From assembly GCA_964016885.1 (NCBI GenBank), contig OZ024740.1, forward strand, positions 340,938,001 to 341,002,000: 64,000 nucleotides of DNA, in the 5' to 3' direction. Origin of the DNA: Eledone cirrhosa. Taxonomy: Eukaryota. The notes below the pieces were generated by a model. That model was given only the letters and a program-made list of their open reading frames with translations, did not search any database and was not told the DNA's origin. Every line of letters starts with the position of its first letter. Position 1 is the first letter of the stretch. This document shows, one piece after another, positions 53,621-64,000 of this stretch. Position numbers and translations under genes: made by a program.

Positions 53621-53656
53621 TCTTCTGATGAGGGACTAGCGTCCGAAACGTTAAGA
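53621..53656 (+). ncRNA. Minimal Penelope-type hammerhead
   Basis: TCTT-CTGATGA-gGGAC tagc GTCC-GAAAC GTT-AAGA; palindromic ACGT stem III; in a ~220-bp element between microsatellites. Confidence 0.75.
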
Positions 53657-53740
53657 CCCTCTTCCTGCTATATCAACCGTTAACCTAATATATACCTTCC
53701 ATATACTGTACCAATTGTGTTGTTATTTTTGTTTACCTTT

Positions 53741-53789
<49 letters not shown>

Positions 53790-54118
53790 ATATAAATACA
53801 TATATATATGTATGTGTGTGTATGAATATACACACACAATAACAATGAGATAGATACAGGAATACATATAGATGTACAATACTACACAACATACACACAC
53901 ACACAACATACATATTAGTTGTTGCAAATAGACATAAATAATGAAAATAAAAATATATTATGTTATAGGCATATAATCTTGTACACACACCTATGCATCA
54001 GAGAGACGCACACACACACATACACACACATACATACTCACATGACATTTAGGCAATATACAAAAAGATGGACATATACATATATACATAAAAAATATAC
54101 CCAGTACACATACATGCA

Positions 54119-54178
<60 letters not shown>

Positions 54179-54445
54179 GTAAGCAATACACATGCACATA
54201 CTAAACATAAGCTACAAATAAAAATAAATGCAACAAATAGTTTCCTGGGTGGTAGACTTAATCTGTTGACTAGTTTAATATTAGCACCTGACCCTTGGGT
54301 GTCATGAGTGATGTCCACTCTATTGTAAGCATTCAGGCCAGATCTCCATTTTGAAACTATCTACCTCCCATCCTTAACAGACTTAGAATCTCTGAAAAGA
54401 ATTATAGGCACTGATTTTTCTTCCCTGATTAAACAGAAAAACAGA

Positions 54446-54487
<42 letters not shown>

Positions 54488-54495
54488 GATAGATA

Positions 54496-54757
54496 TGTTT
54501 CTTTATTAGCCACAGGGGCACAAAAGAAGGGGACAAATACAAAGGGGGAAGTTTACATACAATAAAAACATGTAAAATATTATCACAAATGCAATTTAAA
54601 AAATTAGTCGATTTTCCCCAATAGGGGGAGACAGTTCATATGGGTAACACATACCCCCGAAAAAATGTGCAACCCTCATCTCCAGGAGTACGAAGAGTTT
54701 GTACTCCTTTCCTCTCCTCCTTTTCCTCAACCTACAGGCTGATATAGAGAGAAGGCC
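54496..54757 (-). mobile_element. Short retro-insertion with 16-bp target-site duplication
   Basis: cacacaaagatagata at 54480-54495 and 54758-54773; AATAAA near the minus-strand 3' end. Confidence 0.65.
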
Positions 54758-55309
54758 CACACAAAGATAGATAGATAAATAGATAGATATTTAAGAATTA
54801 GGTAAAGTTCCATACAAATCGAAAATCATATGTAAAAAATAAAAGTGGAAATGCACAGAAGTACATTTAAAGAATCTCTAATGATGAATAAATAAGATTG
54901 CATAAGGCAGACGTGGGCTCCATCCACTGTAGTAAAGGCAACCAGTCAAGGAGAGGAGCCACTCTGAATAAAACCTGATGCAGGATTGAGAGGAACCCTT
55001 AAGTCTTTTCAGACAAACTCTCTAGTGCTGGTGACATGATAAAATGTATGATTACCAGTCCATGCTGTAAAGTGGTTGATGATAGGAAGGATATCCATCC
55101 AGAAAAACCCTGGAAAGTTCAACATATATCATATACACTAATTACATAATCAGGACTAACACTAATGTTAGTGCTTTACACACTAGTGGGGTGGTTAACC
55201 TAACCATGTGTAAGAACCCCTTGATCGTCATCAAGCAATTGTGCAACCACTTTTTCTTTCAAGAAGCTAACAATAGACAAGTGAAACATCACTGATAGCT
55301 AATACATCT

Positions 55310-58300
55310 CAAGGCTGGCAGTTATAATGTAGGTACTCTGAAAGATAGATTTAGAGAAATTGTGAAAATACATGAGAAAATATAAGTTGATGTTCCCATG
55401 AAGTAAAATGGAGGGAATCCTCAGCCAAACACATCACAGGCAAACAGCATAGCTATACGTTTTTCTGGGTAAGAAATAATGCACTGATCAAGACACAGTC
55501 ACCTGACCCAACTTGCCTCTAATGGGATAAACTGTCTAACCCATGCTAGCATGGAAAATGGACGTTAAATGATGATGATGATGATGATAGATAGCATAGG
55601 CAATTTCTATTTACAATTAAGTAAAGGACAAACATTCTAATTCAATGAGGAACTTTTACAGATAACTCTGACAACAGATGACAGCGACTTCTTAATTCTG
55701 GCTGGTGACTTCAATAGACATGCTGGTCAACACTAGGATAGCTACTTTGGAGTACATGGTGGTTATGGATATGGCTCAATAAATGAAGGGGTCAAGGCTT
55801 CTATTTGCAACACCAACTCCAGGAAACAAGCCAAGCACTTGATCACTTAGCAAACAGGCAAATACGCTAGTCAGATGAACTTCTGGTTCATTAGAAAATG
55901 GGCTAGGCATATGGATATGGTAATGAACACAGGCCTTTCCTAGTGAAGAATGTGCTCCTCCCTCCCAATGTACATTAGTAATCAGCAAGACCTTTGTCAG
56001 CCGCTCTCCAGCTATCTATTTAAAGCTATATATAGCTATGGTGCGGTCACACTTAGAATTTGCATCACCAGTCTGGAACCCCTATCTTGCTCAGAACATT
56101 GACCTCCTGGAAACTGTTCAGGGATGTGCAACCAAGCGAATACCCTCCATCAGGCATCTGAACACCTTGCTTGCCTGGGCATGAATACATTGAAGCTCTG
56201 ATGTCTGGCAACTGATTTGGTAAACACCCAGAAAATTATTAACCATCTTTCCAACAACAACCCTGAACACCTTTTTGAATTCCATGTGTCTAATACACGT
56301 GGGCATGCCTACAAAGTCAGAAAATAGTACAACTCCCATGACTTTTGGAAACATTTTTTCATGCTCAGAATTGCTGAAGCATGGAACAAAAAGCCTGCAT
56401 CAGTTGTTAGCTGCTGAGACACTACATCCTTTAAAACCTCCATGCTTCCTGAAATTCGCCAACACTACACCTGATATCACCCCTCCATACACACGTACAC
56501 ATGTATATCATGACTCATACACTGTTCACTTTCCTGACATTTGTACATTATTCTATGTACTATACATGCACCTTTGATGAGTTGTAGTTCACTTGAGCAC
56601 TGTACACAATAATTTATTTATTATTATTATCATCAGAATAAGAACTAAACAACATCAGAAATGCAGGATACTTTGAAGAAGAAGGTTATGGAAACTGCTA
56701 AATATGGATTCTAAAAAGATCTACATGACATACAATGTTGAGGAGGAGATAGACACATAGACATAGAGGATAATAGGAAGTTTCTATGAGACAACCTATG
56801 ACTGGCTACTAATGAGACCTGTGGCTGTAACAAGGTACCAGCTAGATGAAAAGTGATCTGGTGGTGGAGATGCACTTCTGTTCATAGCCATTAAAGCTAA
56901 AAGATAGGCATGGAAAGACTGCAAAAATGGGGTCAGCAAAGAACAATTAAAATAATAGAAAAGCAGGTGATAGATTTACTTACCATATAAAGAAGTTGAA
57001 AGTAGGGATTTACTTACCATATAAAGAAGTTGAAAGTAGGAGGTCAGCCAACACTATGTGAGGTGAGGACCAGAGATGTGAATTGTTCCACATGGCAAAG
57101 CAGTGTGTAAGTGTGAACCATGATGTTGGGAAAAAGGGTATTCGGAATGACTTTGGTGCATTTAGCCTCACAGATGATCAGAAGAAAGAGGTTTGGTAAT
57201 ATTATTAGGAAAGATTGATGAATCTGGAAAATGAGTGGAAAGAAGAGGAACTATCTCCAGTTGATTTAACAAAACGGCTGGCTATTGAAATAATCAGTTA
57301 CAGGGTCAAAGAAGCAATCAAAGAGATGGCATAGCAACTGGACTGCCAGAGATAGTTGCTGAGATGCTGGAATCATCTGGTGAAGTAGAAGTTCATATAA
57401 TCATCTGCAACACATGATAGTGTTGTACTCAATGACTTATGTAGCAGTATAATAATTAATTTCTATAAGGGAAAAAGTGATGCACTAGAAAGGCGCAACT
57501 ACAGAGACATAAAACTGATTAACTCAGAGATGAAAGTGATGGGAAGAGTGTTAACACAAATAATTAGAGAAAAAGATTTAATTAGATGAGATGCAGTTTG
57601 ATTTTGTGCCAGGACGGAACACCAAAGACGTTCTCTTCTTAGTGAGACAACTAAAAGAAGTTCCTAGCCAATCCCTTATATCTAGCTTTTATTGACCCAT
57701 AGAAGGTCTTTGACAGAGCCCATGATCTGTTATCTGCTGGTCTTTAAGAAAACTTGGGTAGATGAGTGGCTTGTGAGAGTAGTGCAAACCATTTCCAGAA
57801 GTATGGTAAGCAAAGTAAGAGGAGATAATGAATTTAGTGAGGAATTCAATGTGCAGGTAAATGTTCATCAAGACTCACTCGTGAACCCCTCCTGTTTTTT
57901 ATAGCTTTCCAGACCATAACACAAGGGTTTAAAATCGGATGTCCATGGGAATTTCTGTATGCTGACAATCTGGTTTTCATTGCTAAACTATGGAAGAGCT
58001 AGAGAAAAAATTCTGATTGTGGAAACAGAACTTAGAATCCAAAGGACTCAGAATAAGTTTAACAAAGTTCAAAGGTTTAGTAAGTAGGAAAGAGGATAGG
58101 ACTCTAGTTCCAACAGCGAAGTGACCATGCTTTATATATAGACAAAGAATTGGTCGGAACACTATATGATGTACACAAGAGGTGTAGTGTGATTGTAAGC
58201 AGACTAACAGTAAAGGTAGACATTGTATGTTGGAAATGCACAAGTGTAGTTAGTAGCAAGAGCTCTAGTGTAATACATTTTCTCCAATTTTGAGAAAACT

Positions 58301-58842
58301 CCATAGAAGTAACAGATAGCTTTTGTTACCAAGGTGACCAAAGCAGAGGGAGTTGCTCTGAAAATATAGTGGCTACTATAAGGAAAGGCTGGAAAAAATT
58401 AAGAGAACTACTGTTTCTGTTGACAACAAAATGTTTCTCTGTCCACAAATGAAGGGCCAACTGTAAGATACCTATGCCTGTGAATAAAGTGTAATGTTGC
58501 ATATCAATGAAATATGGGCAGTAAATGTAGAGGATATGTGAAATCTGGAGAGAAATGAAGGACGCATGCTTTGGTGAATGTGTGATGTTAATAAACATGA
58601 ACATGGAAGCATGGATGCGCTGAGAAAAAACTATATAAGAAGAATTAATAAGAATTAAATGTAGTGTGCAAGAGAGAAGAGTGCATTGGTATGAACATGT
58701 GATGTGCATGAATGATGATTGTTGGGTGAAGAAGAGCCTGAATTTCCCAAAAGAAGAGCATTTCAGTAGAGGAAGGCCAAGGTAGACATGGGTAGATTTG
58801 GTGAGAGCAGATCTCAAAATGCTGAACCTGACAGAAATGACA
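55310..58842 (+). mobile_element. Old, heavily decayed near-full-length RTE (APE to RT C-terminus)
   Basis: YNVGTLK start, AGDFN.H, NYRDIKLI, LDEMQFDFVPG, CPWEFLYAD, R.HWYEHV, RGRPR*TW in shifting frames; nested insertions at ~55485-55590 and 55988-56631. Confidence 0.85.
55988..56631 (+). mobile_element. 5'-truncated CR1/L2-type LINE nested in the old RTE
   Basis: LKLYIAMVRSHLEFASPVWNPYLAQNIDLLETVQGCATKRIP; NTRGHAYK; (ATT)n tail. Confidence 0.85.
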
Positions 58843-61503
58843 ACCAGTATGCTAGAGATGACCTGACCATTGACAACCAGTATGCTAGAGAGGACCTGAC
58901 CATTGACAACTAGTATGCTAGAGATGACCTGACCATTGACAACCAGTATGCTAGAGATGACCTGACCATTGACAACCAGTATGCTAGAGATGACCTGACC
59001 ATTGACAACCAGTATGCTAGAGAGGACCTACCCTCTGACAACCAGTATGATAGAGATGACCTGACCATTGACAACCAGTATGCTAGAGAGGACCTACCCT
59101 CTGAAAACCAGTATGATAGAGATGACCTGACCACTGACAACCAGTATGCTAGAGATGACCTGACCATTGACAACCAGTATGCTAGAGATGACCTGACCAC
59201 TGACAACCAGTATGATAGAGTTGACCTGACCACTGACAACCAGTATGCTAGAGTTGACCTGACCACTGACAACCAGTATGACAGAGATGACCTGACCACT
59301 GACAACCAGTATGATAGAGTTGACCTGACCACTGACAACCAGTATGCTAGAGATGACCTGACTACTGACAACCAGTATGCTAGAGATGACTTGACCACTG
59401 ACAACCAGTATGATAGAGTTGACCTGACCACTGACAACCAGTATGCTAGAGTTGACCTGACCACTGACAACCAGTATGACAGAGATGACCTGACCACTGA
59501 CAACCAGTATGATAGAGTTGACCTGACCACTGACAACCAGTATGCTAGAGATGACCTGACTACTGACAACCAGTATGCTAGAGATGACTTGACCACTGAC
59601 AACCAGTATGATAGAGTTGACCTGACCACTGACAACCAGTATGCTAGAGATGACCTGACCATTGACAACCAGTATGCTAGAGATGACTTGACCACTGACA
59701 ACCAGTATGATAGAGTTGACCTGACCACTGACAACCAGTATGCTAGAGTTGACCTGACCACTGACAACCAGTATGACAGAGATGACCTGATCACTGACAA
59801 CCAGTATGATAGAGTTGACCTGACCACTGACAACCAGTATGCTAGAGTTGATCTGACCACTGACAACCAGTATGACAGAGATGACCTGACCACTGACAAC
59901 CAGTATGATAGAGTTGACCTGACCACTGACAACCAGTATGCTAGAGATGACCTGACCATTGACAATCAGTATGCTAGAGATAACCTACCCTCTGACAACC
60001 AGTATGCTAGAGGTGACCTGACCACTGACAACCTGTATGCTAGAGATGACCTGACCACTGACAACCTGTATGCTAGATATGACCTGACCACTGACAGAAA
60101 TAATAGAAATGACCTGACCATTGACAACCAGTATGATAGAGATGACCTGACCACTGACAACCAGTATGCTAAAGATGACCTGACCACTGACAACCTGTAT
60201 GATAGAGTTGACTTGACCACTGACAATCAGTATGCTAGAGATGACCTACCCTCTGACAATCAGTATGCTAGAGATGACCTGACCACTGACAACCTGTATG
60301 CTAGAGATGACCTGACCACTGACAATCAGTATGCTAGAGTTGACCTGACCACTGACAATCAGTATGACGGAGATGATCTGACCACTGACAGAAATAATAG
60401 AAATGACCTGACCACTGACAACCAGTATGCTAGAGATGACTTGACCATTGACAACCAGTATGCTAGAGATGACCTGACCACTGACAACCAGTATGCTAGA
60501 GATGACTTGACCACTGACAACCAGTATGATAGAGATGACTTGATCACTGACAACCAATATGATAGAGTTGACCTGACCACTGACAATCAGTATGCTAGAG
60601 TTGACTTGACCACTGACAACCAGTATGATAGAGTTGACCTGACCACTGACAATCAGTATGCTAGAGATGACCTGACCACTGACAACCAGTATGATAGAGT
60701 TGACTTGACCACTGACAATCAGTATGCTAGAGATGACCTACCCTCTGACAACCAGTATTCTAGAGATGACCTGACCACTGACAACCTGTATGCTAGAGAT
60801 GACCTGACCACTGACAACCTGTATGCTAGAGTTGACTTGACCACTGACAATCAGTATGCTAGAGATGACCTACCCTCTGACAACCAGTATGCTAGAGATG
60901 ACCTGACCACTGACAACCTGTATGCTAGAGATGACCTGACCACTGACAACCTGTATGCTAGAGATGACCTGACCACTGACAACCTGTATGCTAGAGATGA
61001 CCTGACCACTGACAACCTGTATGCTAGAGATGACCTGACCACTGACAACCTGTATGCTAGAGATGATCTGACCACTGACAGAAATAATAGAAATGACCTG
61101 ACCACTGACAACCAGTATGATAGAGATGACCTGACCACTGACAACCAGTATGCTAGAGATGACTTGACCACTGACAACCAGTATGATAGAGATGACTTGA
61201 TCACTGACAACCAGTATGCTAGAGTTGATCTGACCACTGACAACCAGTATGATAGAGATGACCTGACCACTGACAACCAGTATGACAGAGATGACCTGCT
61301 CACTACAATCAATATGATAGAAATGACCTGACCACTGACAACCAGTATAATAGAGTTGACCTGACCACTGACAACCAGTATGATAGAGTTGACCTGACCA
61401 CTGACAATCAGTATGCTAGAGATGACCTGCCCACTGACAACCAGTATGCTAGAGATGACCTGCCCACTACAATCAATATGACATAGATGACCTGACCACT
61501 GAC
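58839..61503. repeat. 33-bp minisatellite, about 80 units
   Basis: Unit GACAACCAGTATG(C/A)TAGAG(A/T)TGACCTGACCACT; occasional 30-bp variant gacagaaataatagaaatgacctgaccact; yields the 646-aa TTDNQYARDDL ORF. Confidence 0.97.
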
Positions 61504-61619
61504 ATAAAAACAAGACAACCACTAGGCTACTATTTATACCACCTTTTCTCCATTTCTACTGTGCTATCCACTGCACTCTCATTTGTATAATCTCTGCTTC
61601 CTCTCTTACAAACTACCTA

Positions 61620-61860
61620 CATCAGTTATTAGCTGTTGGGCCACTGTATCCTTCAAAACTTCTATTTTCCAACACTATACCTGATATTTCCCCTCCACAC
61701 ACATGCACACATGTATCTATTTGTATATCATGACTCATACACTGTTCACTTTCCTGACATTTGTACATTATTTTATGTACTATACATGCACCTTTGATGA
61801 GTTGTAGTGCACCTGAGCACTGTATACAATAATTTTCATTATCATTATCATTATCATTAC
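61620..61860 (+). mobile_element. CR1/L2-type LINE 3' end
   Basis: Matches 56398-56631; (ATTATC)n tail. Confidence 0.8.
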
Positions 61861-64000
61861 TGTCTGGAGTTTTGTTAACGTGGTATAAAGTTCAACATGG
61901 ACAGAATCTTGATATCTTATTTCTAATGAACAGTGGTAAGTAAGCTATTCATAGCTATGAGAAACATATACACCAGGTCCGAACATAAAGGAACCAAACT
62001 CTCTTACTTATTGAATGCAGTTATATAGCCGGGTGTAACATTTGGTCTGATCATATTCCTATATTATCATCCCCACCCTTCTTAAAATCACCCCACCACA
62101 CTTGTCTTAACCTCTGTTCCACCTTAACCCCCACTCCTATTCTCATTTTGAAATATGTTTACCTTGGAATAAAGCAACCACCTCTAGTGTTAATGCCACT
62201 ATAAGATGCGCTCAATAGCCTCTAGCATATAGAGTATAGAGGGCTCTTCAGTCAAGACAGTTACCTGACAAAATTCATAGTGCTGGTGTCATTATAAAAT
62301 GTACCCAGTACACTCTGAAAAGTGGTTGGCATTAAGAAGAGCAAGCAAAAAAAAAATTGATAAAACTCTTCAGTAATGCAACTGATATGACCACCTCTCT
62401 AATGCTGGAACCATGATAAATTGCACCCAATACACTTAGAAAAGACATCTGGCCATAGAAACTATGTCAAGTATGGGCTTAAGAGGTCTCTTCAGTGGTG
62501 TGAAGGGCATGACAACTTTCCCTCATGCTAGTGACATAATTAAATGCATCCAGTACACTCTGTAGAAACCATTCCAAAACTGGAAAGTGATAGCAACAGA
62601 TTTGCTTTGATCTGATTGGACTGCCTCAGCAAATCATATTCTACTGTTAGCAAGATTTATAAGTGATCATCAACATCATCATTGTATAATATCCATGTTC
62701 CATGCTAGCATGGCGTAGACGGGTTGTCCCATTAGAGGCAATTTGAGTCAGATGACTGTGTCCTGCATTAAACCTGGTGCTCTTTTGACTCCACCAAAAA
62801 TATTAGGTTATATCCAAGAAGAGTAATTTGTCTGATTTAATATACTTATATAATACTTCTGCTCTTCTTCAGTCATGCCCCCATCAAAGGTGAAGCATAT
62901 TTGCTTTTTCTAATGGTTAAAATATATGCGGCTTGCTATACCTGCATACCCATAGATTTCACCACTAACTGGAGCAGTTGTGCCAACCCATTTTCAAATT
63001 AATAGTTGATAATCTGTGAAGCCAGTGGTGTTCACAATGTTGTGGTCATCTAATTAAACTGATGGGCACCACATGAACTACTGCTTACTATGAGACAAGC
63101 AGGATTTTTATCAGGGCTTACTCTTCTATATTCAACCTGTTCTGCTAGACTATGCCATGGTAGCCATATCAGAGACACCTTGTGTAGTACATAATAAAAA
63201 GTCTAAAATCTGTCTTAAGCCAGAAGACTCATTTTTCTGGTGCTTATGCCAGTTTCATGGTGTGAAGCGACTGAGAGTACAAGACTCCCTGGACAGGATG
63301 CCAGTCCATCACAGGGTTAAACCCCCGGCTACTGCTGGTACTCATTTTCAGCTGAGTATACTGGAGCAACGTGAAATGATGTGCTTTGCTCAAGAACACA
63401 ACACGCAACCCAGGAATTGAACCGACAACATTATGATCGTAAGTCCAACACCCTTACCAATAGACCACGTGCCTTCACATAGTACATAATACAACCAAGT
63501 GATAGCCACAATGGTCTGCAATTCCCAAATTGGAATTTAAAATTATTGTGCTTACATCCCACAATATCCGCACATATCTAAATTGCATATAGGAGGGCTT
63601 GAAAGAGATATAGATACTGTTCTACTTTGTTGGATTAAATAATAAAAAATATGTAAGAGTATATATGTGTGTGCATATATATGGATAATATGCAACAGCA
63701 TGTAAGTGCACTTACAGGCTCCTGCATATGTGTATAATAGTACATACATATATGTATACATGCATATGTATTCATATGTGCATGTGTCTATACAGGCATA
63801 CCTATCTATCTATCTATCTATTTGTTTGCCTATCTGCCTGTCTGTCTGTCTATCTATTTCTCCCTCTCTGTAGTAAGGAAAAATGGACGTTGATGATATA
63901 TATATATGTGTGTGTGTGAGTATGTGTGTGTATGTGTGCATACACATATATACATACCCTACCATACATACACAGCAACACGTGAATATAAAACACACTG

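Noticed and set aside
59391-61331. 646-aa ORF as a real gene, or the array as a CRISPR locus
   Set aside because: Pure 33-bp tandem repeat with no unique spacers and no cas genes; open frames on both strands follow from a unit length divisible by 3

Overview
Repeat-dominated, AT-rich animal genomic DNA with no recognisable host protein-coding exon. The repeat content suggests a mollusc, probably an octopus-like cephalopod (inference). Almost all short ORFs in the track are microsatellite or antisense artefacts. The window holds several disrupted RTE-clade LINEs (APE + RT with a PHD-like C4HC3 finger inside the RT), tRNA-derived SINEs whose tail matches one RTE family, CR1/L2-type 3' ends, stacked Helitrons with PIF1 remnants, small MITEs, and a 2.7-kb 33-bp minisatellite starting at the end of an RTE ORF. 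Two less obvious signals stand out. (1) Many (AT)n tracts are interrupted by short elements from about eight sequence families carrying type I hammerhead ribozyme folds, some with the U3-A8 core variant. Many form fold-back palindromes with one fixed 'long' end and one fixed 'short' end, and one retains a Penelope-like ORF C-terminus. (2) A pre-tRNA-Val(CAC) with its trailer and TTTTT is fused to a full SINE, and the pair appears inserted as one unit into an RTE. Coordinates were read by eye and may be off by a few bases.
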